Below are positions 18,795 through 27,665 of a DNA stretch of 64,000 bases, in pieces. The translations under genes and the position numbers were made by a program. Numbering within the stretch: the stretch's first letter is position 1; each line of letters opens with the position of its first letter. Under the pieces are notes generated by a model. It was given only the letters and a program-made list of their open reading frames with translations. It made no database searches and was not told the DNA's origin. The DNA comes from Candidatus Eiseniibacteriota bacterium (GTDB lineage: Bacteria > Eisenbacteria > RBG-16-71-46): NCBI GenBank assembly GCA_963725865.1, contig CAVSAC010000012.1:768001-832000 (forward strand). Direction: 5' to 3'.

Positions 18795-20894
18795 ATGCCG
18801 ATTCCGACCCGTCCCGCTCCGCCCCTCGAGGGCGCCTCGCGCGTGCAGTTCGTGCACGGCGTCGGACCGCAGCGCGCCCTGCTGTTCGAACGCCTCGGCA
18901 TCGTCACCGTGGACCACCTGCTGCGCCACTACCCGCGCACCTATCTCGACGCGCGACGCTTCGTGCGGATCGGCGACCTGCAGCCCGGCGCGCTGGTCAC
19001 CGTCCAGGGCGTGATCCGCACCGGGGCCGCGCTGCGCACCCGCGGTGGCCGCACCGACTTCAGCGCCACCGTCGAGGATGGCTCGGGGGTGCTGGGGTGC
19101 TACTTCTTCGGCCAGGGCTTCCTCGCCCGCACGCTGCGCCCGGGCACTCCGGTGGTGATCAGCGGCGAGCTCGATCCGCTCGACCGGCGCATGTCGAACC
19201 CCATGTTCGAGGTCACCGATGGCGAGGTGGGGGAGCTGCTGCACGTCGGGCGACTGGTCCCGGTGCATGCGCTCACCAAGGGACTCAGCGGCCGGCTGAT
19301 GCGGCGCGCGGTGCGCGACGCGCTCGAGCGCGCGGCGGAGCGGCTGATCGATCCGCTGCCGCCTGCGGTGCGCAACGCGCACTCGCTGGTGCCGCTGGGC
19401 GAGGCGCTGCGCCAGATCCACTTTCCCGGCGACGATGCCGCCCACGCCTCCGCGCGCCGGCGGCTCGCGTTCGAGGAGCTGTTCCAGCTCCAGACGGTGC
19501 TCGAACTGCGCCGGCGGGCGCTGGCGGAGGAAGGGCGCGGACTGGCGACCGCGGGGCCCGGCGCGCTGCTCGCGCGCGCGCGCGCAGCGCTCCCGTTCGA
19601 GCTGACGACGGGCCAGGGCGTGGCGCTGGAGGAGATCGCGAGCGACATGCGGGCCGGCCAGCCGATGCACCGGATGCTGCAGGGTGACGTGGGCAGCGGC
19701 AAGACGATCGTGGCGTTCCTCGCCGCGCTGCTGGCGATCGAGGCGGGATTCCAGGTCGCATTCATGGCCCCCACCGAGATCCTCGCGCGCCAGCACGCGG
19801 GCAACCTCGCGCGGCTCGCCGAGCCGCTCGGTGTCGCGGTGGCGGCGCTCACCGGCGCCACCTCCGCCGCCGAGCGCCGGGCGCTGGCCGCGCGACTGGA
19901 AGCGGGCGAGCCCCTGCTGGTGCTGGGCACCCACGCCCTGCTCGAGGAGAAGGTGCGGATGCCGCGGCTGGCGCTCGCGATCGTGGACGAGCAGCATCGC
20001 TTCGGCGTGCGCCAGCGCGCGGTGCTCGCGCAGAAGGCGGTGATCCCCGACGTGCTGGTGCTGACCGCCACCCCGATCCCGCGCACGCTCATGCTGGCGC
20101 TCTACGGCGACCTCGACGTGAGCACGCTGCGCGAGCGCCCGGCGGGACGCGGCCGGCTGGTGACGCGGGTGACCGGAGACGAGCGGTTCCCGCAGGTGCT
20201 CGACTTCATGGCGCAGGAGCTGCGCAAGGGCCGCCAGGCGTTCGTGGTGGTGCCGCTGATCGAGGACGGCGGGCGCGCCGAGACGCGCGCCGCCGAACAG
20301 GAGTACGAGCGCCTGCGGGCGTATCCGGCGCTGCGCGACTTCTCGGTCGGCCTGCTGCACGGGCGCCTCAAGGCCGACGCCAAGCAGGCGGTGATGCGCG
20401 AGTTCGTGGCGGGCTCGGTGCAACTGCTGGTCACCACCACCGTCATCGAGGTGGGGGTGGACGTGCCCAACGCGACCCTCATGGTGGTCGAGAACGCCGA
20501 CCGCTTCGGGCTCACGCAGCTCCACCAGCTGCGCGGGCGGGTCGGACGCGGCGAACACCGCTCGGTGTGCGTGCTGGTGGCCGCGCCCGGCGCCGGCGCG
20601 GTGGGGCGCGAGCGACTCGCGGTGATGGCGAGCACCGACGATGGGTTCGCGATCGCCGAGGCGGACCTGCGCCTGCGCGGTCCGGGCGAGCTGTGGGGCA
20701 CCCGGCAGAGCGGGCTGCCGCGACTGCGGGTCGCGGACCTCGCGCGCGACGGGGCACTGCTCGAGGAGGCGCGCGTGGCCGCTCAGGCGCTGGTGGCCGC
20801 CGACCCGTGGCTGCAGCAGGCGGCGCATGCGCCGTTGCGCGCCACGCTGCTCGAGCACTACCGCGAGCCGCTCGAGCTCGCGCTGGCTGGCTGA
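18795..20894 (+). CDS. recG: ATP-dependent DNA helicase RecG
   Basis: QGDVGSGKT, MAPTEILA, DEQHRFGV, TATPIPRT, QLRGRVGR, DLRLRGPGE. Confidence 0.96.
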   Translation: MPIPTRPAPPLEGASRVQFVHGVGPQRALLFERLGIVTVDHLLRHYPRTYLDARRFVRIGDLQPGALVTVQGVIRTGAALRTRGGRTDFSATVEDGSGVLGCYFFGQGFLARTLRPGTPVVISGELDPLDRRMSNPMFEVTDGEVGELLHVGRLVPVHALTKGLSGRLMRRAVRDALERAAERLIDPLPPAVRNAHSLVPLGEALRQIHFPGDDAAHASARRRLAFEELFQLQTVLELRRRALAEEGRGLATAGPGALLARARAALPFELTTGQGVALEEIASDMRAGQPMHRMLQGDVGSGKTIVAFLAALLAIEAGFQVAFMAPTEILARQHAGNLARLAEPLGVAVAALTGATSAAERRALAARLEAGEPLLVLGTHALLEEKVRMPRLALAIVDEQHRFGVRQRAVLAQKAVIPDVLVLTATPIPRTLMLALYGDLDVSTLRERPAGRGRLVTRVTGDERFPQVLDFMAQELRKGRQAFVVVPLIEDGGRAETRAAEQEYERLRAYPALRDFSVGLLHGRLKADAKQAVMREFVAGSVQLLVTTTVIEVGVDVPNATLMVVENADRFGLTQLHQLRGRVGRGEHRSVCVLVAAPGAGAVGRERLAVMASTDDGFAIAEADLRLRGPGELWGTRQSGLPRLRVADLARDGALLEEARVAAQALVAADPWLQQAAHAPLRATLLEHYREPLELALAG

Positions 20895-20953
20895 GCAGGG
20901 GCACTGCGGGGTACCGCTCGGGCCCCGTCCATGGCATGATGCGCCTCACCAGC

Positions 20954-21400
20954 ATGTCGATCACCGTCCGCTGCCCGCACTGCGCCACCGACTATCTGCT
21001 GCCCGAGGCCCTGCTGGGTCCCGGTGGGGCCCGCGTGCGCTGTCCCTCCTGTCAGAAGCGCTTCGCTGTCACCCGTGATGGCAGCGTCGTGCCCGGCTCC
21101 GGCCCCACCGCCGCGGCGCCGGGCGGAACACCCGCCCCCGTGACCGAAGGGACCGAGGGCTCGCGTGAGGAGCGCATCGCCAGCATGGTGCTCGACGAGC
21201 TGGCGGCGCATCGCGGGCGCGCGATCGAGGATGCCGTGGCGCGCGGGCGTCCGTTCGCCGAGCACGGCCCGGCGCTGCTCGAGGCGTGGGACGAGTACCG
21301 TCGTCGCGCCGGCAAGACCGCCGATCCGGCGCCCTTCCGCGCCGCGCTGCGCGCGCGCTGGGGCATCGACCTGCCGGGCGAGGGCGCGAACCGCGAGTGA
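20954..21400 (+). CDS. MJ0042-type zinc-ribbon protein with helical C-terminal domain
   Basis: VRCPHCATDY...GARVRCPSCQKRF (two CxxC). Confidence 0.8.
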   Translation: MSITVRCPHCATDYLLPEALLGPGGARVRCPSCQKRFAVTRDGSVVPGSGPTAAAPGGTPAPVTEGTEGSREERIASMVLDELAAHRGRAIEDAVARGRPFAEHGPALLEAWDEYRRRAGKTADPAPFRAALRARWGIDLPGEGANRE

Positions 21401-21426
21401 GGGCCCGGCGCGCCGCGGTCGCGCCG

Positions 21427-22713
21427 TCAGGGCGCCGCGGAGCCGTCCGAGTGCGTCTCGATCTGCATCAGCTCGGGATGCCGACGGCCCCACGCGAGCG
21501 CCAGCGCGCCGGCCACACCCACCACGACCGCGCAGGTGAGGATCGCGCTCGAGGTTCCCCACGAGCGCGTCACCCACGCGGCGACGGTCGAGCCCACGAG
21601 CAGCAGCAGGCGCATCAGGAAATCGCGCAGGCTGAAGACGCGCGCCCGCTGGCGCAATTCGGTGCCCTGCTGCAGCAGCGTCTCGCTCAGCATGAAGGTC
21701 GGTGCGGCCGCGAAGCCGATCACGAACCCGGTCACGGCGAACAGCGCGAACACCCGCACGAATGCGAACGCCGCGAGCGCGAGCCCCGCGAGCATCAGGC
21801 CGCAGCCGAGCAGCAGCGGGCGCGGGAACGCGCGGCCGTAGCGGTTCACCCACCAGGTGCCGAGCCCGCTCCCCACGCCGAACGCCGCCAGCAGGACGCC
21901 CAGTCGTTCCATCCCGGGTACGCTCGCCACGTGCTGGATGTGCTGGTTCCCGGCCACGTGCAGGAACCCGCCGCCGACCCATACGGCGGCGAGCGCCATC
22001 AGCGCGAGCGCGACCATGCGGCTGCGCCTCAGCACCGCGAGGCCCTCGCCGACCTCGGCGAGATAGCCGCTCCACGTGATGGGCGGGCGCGCCGCCTGGT
22101 GGGTCGTCGAGCGGTAACGGATCAGCGCGAGCATGACCACCGACCACAGGTAGGTCGCCGCGTTGACCCACAGCGCCGTCCGCCAGCCCCAGTGGTCGAT
22201 CATCCAGCCTCCCGCCAGCGCGCCGATCGCGGTCGAGGCGATGCCGGCGCCCGACAGCAGCGCGTTCGCCGCCAGCAGCTGATCGGCGGGCACGATCTCG
22301 GGCGTGATCGAGCTCTTCGCGGGCAGGAACACGACGTTGCAGGCGAACAGCAGGAAGACCAGCACGTAGACCGGCAGCGTGTGATGGAACGCCAGGTAGC
22401 CGAGCGGGATCCCGGCCACGATCACCGCCCGCAGCGCGTCCGAGACCACCATCACGTGCTTGAGGTTCGAGCGATCCACCCACGCGCCCGTGAACGGGGC
22501 GAACAGCAGCACCGGCGCCACCATGACGTTCGCGAGCATCGAGAGCAGCCACGAGGAGCGCGTGTCGGCGAAGTGCGCGGTGTGCTCGGCGAGCAGGCCG
22601 ATCAACGCGAGGTAGGTGAGTCGCTCGCCGAGGATCGAAATCAGCTGCCCCCACCAGAGCAGCGCAAAATCGCGCTGGGCGAGCAGGGGGCGGGTGTGCG
22701 GCGCGTCGGCCAC
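21427..22713 (-). CDS. MFS transporter (DHA3/MFS_3-like)
   Basis: RDFALLWWGQLISILG, GAWVDRS..KHVMVVSD, about 12 TM segments; GTG start inferred. Confidence 0.88.
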   Translation of the reverse strand: MADAPHTRPLLAQRDFALLWWGQLISILGERLTYLALIGLLAEHTAHFADTRSSWLLSMLANVMVAPVLLFAPFTGAWVDRSNLKHVMVVSDALRAVIVAGIPLGYLAFHHTLPVYVLVFLLFACNVVFLPAKSSITPEIVPADQLLAANALLSGAGIASTAIGALAGGWMIDHWGWRTALWVNAATYLWSVVMLALIRYRSTTHQAARPPITWSGYLAEVGEGLAVLRRSRMVALALMALAAVWVGGGFLHVAGNQHIQHVASVPGMERLGVLLAAFGVGSGLGTWWVNRYGRAFPRPLLLGCGLMLAGLALAAFAFVRVFALFAVTGFVIGFAAAPTFMLSETLLQQGTELRQRARVFSLRDFLMRLLLLVGSTVAAWVTRSWGTSSAILTCAVVVGVAGALALAWGRRHPELMQIETHSDGSAAP

Positions 22714-22730
22714 GGGCGCCTCGAGGGGAC

Positions 22731-23876
22731 TCAGGCCGCGACCGGCGCCGGGCCGTGGCGGTGCGCGATCGCGTCGCGGTACAGCGCCTCGATGCGATCG
22801 GTCACCCGGGGCCACGCGAACTCGAACGCACGGGCGCGACCGCGCGCCGCGAGCGCGGCGCGGCGCTCGGGGTCCTGCACGAGCGCGACGAGGGCGGCGG
22901 CGAGCGCCTCGCGGTCGCCGGGCGGGAACACCACGCCGTTCTCGTCGGGGATCACCACCGAACGGTAGCCGGGGATGTCCGACGCCAGCACGGTGCGGCC
23001 CGCGGCCATCGCCTCGACCAGCACGATCCCGAACGACTCGTTGCCGGAGGCCGGCGAGACGAAGATGTCCCCGGTGGCGTACCAGCGGGGCAGGTCCGCG
23101 GCCGGCACGTGGCCGAAGAAGCGGACGTGGTCCCTCAGCGCCGCCGGTACCGCGGCCTCGTACTTCGACCGCAGGTAGGAGTCGCCCACCACCAGCAATC
23201 GCGCCCGGCCCGCGGTGCGGCGCACCACCTCGGGCATCGCATCGAGCAGCAGGTGGACGCCCTTGCGCGGATCCAGCCGACCCACGAACAGAACGTTCAC
23301 GCGCGCCGGGTCGCGCCACGCCTCGAACGGCGCCACTCCCGGATGGAAGCGGTCGGTGTCCACCCCGTTGGGGATGATGTGGTAGGTCCCCGGGAAGTAG
23401 CGCGCCGCGTACTCGCGCGCCGTCTCGGACACCGCGATGCGGGCGTCGAGGCGCTGCAGGCGGTGTTCGAGCGGCCTGCGGAAGAGCTCCAGCAGCCGGC
23501 TCGGCCCGCCGGTGGTGTGGAAGGTACCCACCTGCGGACACTCCGCGGTCTCGATCGCGATCAGCGGCAGGGTGGGGACGAGCGGCGCGTGGGTGTGCAG
23601 GACGTCGAAGCGATGGCGGCGCAGCAGGCCGCGCAGCTGGCTGCGCAGGCGGATGCCGACCGCGAGATCGACGAAGGCGCCGTTGAAGGGGATGAGCAGG
23701 TTGTAGCCGATGCGCTCGACATCGGGAAGTCGCTCGACCGCGCCGCCGCGGAAACGGCTCGTGATGATGGTCACGTCGTGGCCGCGACGCCGCAGCTCGA
23801 CGGCGGTGTGGTGGACGTGTTCGGTGACGCCGCCGAATCGCGGGTAGTACGACTGGCTGACGATCCCGATCTTCAC
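22731..23876 (-). CDS. GT4 glycosyltransferase, PimA-like
   Basis: MKIGIVS..GGVTEHV, VGTFHT, RIAVSE, IPNGVD, GRLDPRKG, ESFGIVLVEAMAAG. Confidence 0.85.
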   Translation of the reverse strand: MKIGIVSQSYYPRFGGVTEHVHHTAVELRRRGHDVTIITSRFRGGAVERLPDVERIGYNLLIPFNGAFVDLAVGIRLRSQLRGLLRRHRFDVLHTHAPLVPTLPLIAIETAECPQVGTFHTTGGPSRLLELFRRPLEHRLQRLDARIAVSETAREYAARYFPGTYHIIPNGVDTDRFHPGVAPFEAWRDPARVNVLFVGRLDPRKGVHLLLDAMPEVVRRTAGRARLLVVGDSYLRSKYEAAVPAALRDHVRFFGHVPAADLPRWYATGDIFVSPASGNESFGIVLVEAMAAGRTVLASDIPGYRSVVIPDENGVVFPPGDREALAAALVALVQDPERRAALAARGRARAFEFAWPRVTDRIEALYRDAIAHRHGPAPVAA

Positions 23877-24778
23877 GCTTCGACGCCGCGCGTCGCCCCC
23901 GCGGGCTCCGTCTGCGGGCTGGGTGCCGGATCCCAGAGCGGACGGAAGATGCACCACTGATCGAGGTGCTCGCGGATGTGACGCTCGGTGACAGTCGCGA
24001 CCGCCTGATTCAGCGCGGCGGTCGTCGGGAAGGCGGCGGGATCGAGCGGCGGCTCCATCACGATGCGGAAGCGGCCGGGGCCGAGGCGTTCGCAGTAGCC
24101 GCTGATGAGCAGCGCGCCGGTGCGCTGCGCCAGCACGCCCGGTCCGGACGGGAAGCTGGTCTCGCGGCCGAACCATTCGACGGTGCTGCCGTGGCTGTAG
24201 ATGTCGCCGTCCACCATGAGCGCGACGAGGTCGTTGTGCTCCAGGGCGCGCAGCAGCTTGCGGAAGCCGTCCTCGGGCGACACCGTGCGGATGGCCAGCT
24301 CGCGCTTGGTCTCGCGCACCGCTGGCGACAGCCAGCGGCTGAGCTGGACCCCGGCCACCGCATGCAGCGAGTAGCCCCAGTGTGCCAGCACCACGGCGGC
24401 CAGCTCCCAGTTGCCGATGTGGCAGCAGGTGAGGATCACGCCGCGGCCGCGCGCGACCGCCTGTTCGAGATGCTCGCGCCCGATCACCTCGACCGATCCC
24501 AGCAGCTCCGCGCGGGTCAGGTGGGGAAGCCGGAAGAACTCGAACATCATGCGGTTGTAGTTGCGCATCATCTTGCGCACGACCTGGAGACGCTCGCGCC
24601 GGGTGGCGCGCGGCATCATGTTGGCGAGATTCGACAGCGCGGCATGGCGGCGCGAGGGGAAGCACCGGAGGTGGAGATCCGTGGCGAGGTCGGCCACCAG
24701 GTAGCCGAGCCACAGCGGAAGGCTGGAGACGATCCCCGTCAGCCAGCCGTAGAGAAGTCTCGACATCCGATGCTCCAT
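23873..24778 (-). CDS. Lipid acyltransferase (LpxL/PatA family)
   Basis: GRGVILTCCHIGNWEL, FFG/WFG-type motif, C-terminal DQWCIFRPLW. Confidence 0.85.
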   Translation of the reverse strand: MEHRMSRLLYGWLTGIVSSLPLWLGYLVADLATDLHLRCFPSRRHAALSNLANMMPRATRRERLQVVRKMMRNYNRMMFEFFRLPHLTRAELLGSVEVIGREHLEQAVARGRGVILTCCHIGNWELAAVVLAHWGYSLHAVAGVQLSRWLSPAVRETKRELAIRTVSPEDGFRKLLRALEHNDLVALMVDGDIYSHGSTVEWFGRETSFPSGPGVLAQRTGALLISGYCERLGPGRFRIVMEPPLDPAAFPTTAALNQAVATVTERHIREHLDQWCIFRPLWDPAPSPQTEPAGATRGVEA

Positions 24779-24820
24779 TCCATGGAAGGGACCGCCGGGG
24801 GGCTGATGAGACTCGCAGCG

Positions 24821-24850
24821 AACCTACGGGCTCGCCCGAACGACTGTCAA
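24821..24850 (-). promoter_or_regulatory. sigma70-like promoter for the acyltransferase operon
   Basis: TTGACA-N18-TAGGTT on the minus strand. Confidence 0.45.
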
Positions 24851-24940
24851 GACATCGCCGGCCGGCCAGGTGCTGGCGCCGAGGCCCGCTCGCGACCGAG
24901 GATCGCACGTCGCGTTCAAGCGCGCCCGCAACTTGAGCGA

Positions 24941-24969
24941 TTGACCATGGTTCGGGTGGGCGCTAGCAT
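24941..24969 (+). promoter_or_regulatory. sigma70-like promoter for the 25080 ORF
   Basis: TTGACC-N17-TAGCAT. Confidence 0.5.
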
Positions 24970-25079
24970 GCGGTCCGTGGTCCATTCGCAGCGGGAGGAA
25001 TGGGTGACCCCCCACGCATGAGTCACCCGGTGCCCGGCCCCTCCGTGTTCAAGGATCGAACGTCCTGGAGGAATCGGAG

Positions 25080-25502
25080 ATGCCCAGTCAGAAACTGGTG
25101 CGGTGCGAGATCCGTCGTCGCGGGAGCACCGGTCCTGATTCTGTGCGCTTCATCCCGCTCGAGATCTTCGGACTCTGGGAGTACCTGATGTCCTCGCGCC
25201 ACGATTTCGAGGTGGTGAAACCCGTCGCCTCGTTGTGGCTGGACATGGAGGACTCACCTGAGGCGGCGTACGACCAGGACCAGTACGACCGCGTCACCGA
25301 GGTGACCGCGTTCGTGTACTCGGGTCGGGATGACATGTTCACCCGGGCCTGCCGCTACTTCCGGTCCGAGGAGTCCGAGGATCTCAAGGAGATCTTCCTG
25401 GCCCACTACCGGACCGCCGGCGGGCGGATGCAGCCCCACGTCCGGGAGCGCCAGGGCATCTGGCTCCACCGGGAGGTGCCGGCGCTGGCGGACGGGTCCT
25501 AG
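25080..25502 (+). CDS. Hypothetical protein (140 aa)
   Basis: Protein-like composition, high GC3, GGAG upstream, own promoter-like motif; no family recognised. Confidence 0.75.
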   Translation: MPSQKLVRCEIRRRGSTGPDSVRFIPLEIFGLWEYLMSSRHDFEVVKPVASLWLDMEDSPEAAYDQDQYDRVTEVTAFVYSGRDDMFTRACRYFRSEESEDLKEIFLAHYRTAGGRMQPHVRERQGIWLHREVPALADGS

Positions 25503-25646
25503 CCGCACCGCCGCCCGAACCGGCCCCACCGGGCCGGAGGAGCCCGCCGCGCCCGCGGCCATCGCAGGGATCATCCTCGGCCCGCCCACCCCACGGCGGG
25601 CCTCGACATTCCCGTCCCAGGGCCGCGCCCAGCCCTCCGGATCGCG

Positions 25647-25675
25647 CTCAAGGTCGGTCGCCAGCAGGCCGATAG
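25647..25675 (+). promoter_or_regulatory. sigma28 (FliA/WhiG)-like promoter upstream of mglA
   Basis: CTCAAG-N15-GCCGATAG. Confidence 0.65.
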
Positions 25676-25925
25676 ACTCTCCGACAGCAGGCGACCGGCA
25701 CAGTGCCGGCCGTCGCGGCCGTGACTCGCGTCCGATCTCCGCCGAGGCGGTAACGAGAGTCGCGACCCCATCCGGTGCGCGTCGGCCCGTCCGGGCACCG
25801 TGCGAGAGCACCGGAAACGTGGATGGTTCACCGCACCCTCAAGGTTCCTGTGGAGAAAGGGCGGCAAGGGGCTCCATGGGGGGTTGCCTTGTGAAAGGGT
25901 GGGGTCGCACAAGGAGGGATCGACC

Positions 25926-27107
25926 GTGGTCGTCGTGAGCTATTCGGGCAAGGAGATCAACGCCAAGCTGGTGTACTACGGCGCCGGCCTGAGCGGGAAG
26001 ACGACGAACCTCGAATCCATCTACGAGGCGGTCCCCGATACGAGCCGCGGCAAGATGGTGAGCATGAAGACGCAGTCGGATCGCACGCTGTTCTTCGATC
26101 TGCTGCCGCTCGACCTCGGCGAGATCATGGGGTTCAAGACCCGCTTCCTCCTGTACACGGTCCCTGGCCAGGTCTTCTACAACGCCACCCGCAAGCTGGT
26201 GCTCAAGGGCGCCGATGCCATCGTGTTCGTGGCGGACTCCGAAGTCGGCAAGATGGAGGAGAACAAGGAGAGTCTCGCGAACCTCCGCGCGAACCTCGCC
26301 GAGTACAACCTGAGTCTCGATTCGCTGCCGTGGGTCATCCAGTACAACAAGCGCGACCTGCCCAACCTCTACACGGTCGAGGAGCTCAACGCGGAGCTCA
26401 ACCCCGGCGGCAAGGTGCCCTTCTTCGAGGCGGTCGCGACGCAGGGCAAGGGCGTGTTCGAGACCTTCCGCGGCATCTCGCACCTGCTCATGGAGAAGGT
26501 GACGAAGGACCTGCGCCGCTCGACCCCGCAGAACGCCGGGCGCCCCGCGGTGCAGGAGGAGCCCGTCAAGCCGGCCACGCCGGCGCGCCCCGCCGAGTCC
26601 CAGTTCCATCCCGCCGCATTGCCGGGCTCGCAGGGACACGCGAGCCAGCACGAGACGCTCGAGCCGGTGACCGCCGAGGCCGGGACATCGCTCGACTACG
26701 GGCGCGAGATCGAGCTGCCCGACCAGTTCCCGGCCGCCGCCGCGGCTCGCGAGAGCGAGCCGGTCGTCGCGAAGCCTCGGACGCAGCCCGCCGCGGCGCA
26801 CGCCGCGCCCGCGGCCCGCGCGGCCGCACCGCGCACCGCGGTCCCGACGCCGCCTCCGGCGCCGGTGCACGCCAGCCCCGCGGAACCCGTCGCGCGTCCC
26901 GAGCCGGTGGCGCGGGTCGAGATGCCGGCGGCCTCCGTCGCTCCGCGTGCGGCGGCCCCGTCGCCCCGCGCCGAGCCGCCCGCGCCGCGCGCGGCCGAGG
27001 CGGGTGCCACGCAGCGCCCGGTGGTCATTCCGATCCGCCTGCCGCGCGACACCTCGTGCGAGATCGTGCTGCGCATCATGATCGGAGAGGACGAGCGAGC
27101 GGCGTGA
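25926..27107 (+). CDS. mglA: MglA-family small GTPase with Pro/Ala-rich C-terminal extension
   Basis: KEINAKLVYYGAGLSGKTTNL, DRTLFFD, LYTVPGQVFY, VFVADS, NKRD; AAGGAGG SD before GTG 25926. Confidence 0.9.
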   Translation: MVVVSYSGKEINAKLVYYGAGLSGKTTNLESIYEAVPDTSRGKMVSMKTQSDRTLFFDLLPLDLGEIMGFKTRFLLYTVPGQVFYNATRKLVLKGADAIVFVADSEVGKMEENKESLANLRANLAEYNLSLDSLPWVIQYNKRDLPNLYTVEELNAELNPGGKVPFFEAVATQGKGVFETFRGISHLLMEKVTKDLRRSTPQNAGRPAVQEEPVKPATPARPAESQFHPAALPGSQGHASQHETLEPVTAEAGTSLDYGREIELPDQFPAAAAARESEPVVAKPRTQPAAAHAAPAARAAAPRTAVPTPPPAPVHASPAEPVARPEPVARVEMPAASVAPRAAAPSPRAEPPAPRAAEAGATQRPVVIPIRLPRDTSCEIVLRIMIGEDERAA

Positions 27108-27145
27108 GCCTTTGCACCGACCGGACCCGCGCCCCCCGGAACCCA

Positions 27146-27175
27146 TTGACACGGGAGGCGCGGGTTTCCCATTAT
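27146..27175 (+). promoter_or_regulatory. sigma70-like promoter, probably leaderless
   Basis: TTGACA-N18-CATTAT, ending 6 nt before ATG 27182. Confidence 0.5.
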
Positions 27176-27181
27176 CCCCCC

Positions 27182-27643
27182 ATGCGCCAGACCATCGTGC
27201 TCTCGGTCCTCGCGATCCTGCTGGCCGTCGCGCCCGCAGGCGCCCAGTCTTCGCCGTTCGGCGGCGGTTCCGTGCTGAGCGGCTGGCATCCACCCGTTCC
27301 GACCAGCGCGTTCTCCCGCGCGTCGTCCTGGATCGATCCCCAGCGTCTGCACTTCTCGACCTCGGTCTCGGTCGGCAGCGGCTGGGGTGGGCAGGGCACG
27401 AACGCGCTCCAGGTGACGAGCCTCAGCTACCAGTTCCACGCGCCGGTGGCACTCAGCGTCAGCCTCGGCAACGCGTGGGGCCCGAGTGGCGCGAGTTCGA
27501 ACGGCAACACGATGTTCCTCGAAGGACTCCGCATGGCATGGCAGCCGCGCGCGAACACCTCCTTCACCTTCGAGTACCATCAGCTCCGCTCGCCGCTCCA
27601 GTACGGCGCGTACGGCTACGGCCAGCCGCTCTGGCAGCCGTAG
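27182..27643 (+). CDS. Secreted Ser/Gly-rich, beta-strand-rich hypothetical protein
   Basis: Signal peptide MRQTIVLSVLAILLAVAPAGA-Q; alternating beta-strand patterns. Confidence 0.7.
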   Translation: MRQTIVLSVLAILLAVAPAGAQSSPFGGGSVLSGWHPPVPTSAFSRASSWIDPQRLHFSTSVSVGSGWGGQGTNALQVTSLSYQFHAPVALSVSLGNAWGPSGASSNGNTMFLEGLRMAWQPRANTSFTFEYHQLRSPLQYGAYGYGQPLWQP

Positions 27644-27665
27644 TCACTCCAGCTCCTCGCTCCCG

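Noticed and set aside
24915..24943. TTCAAG-N15-AGCGATTG as a fifth sigma28 site
   Set aside because: Poor -10 match, and it overlaps a better sigma70-like promoter
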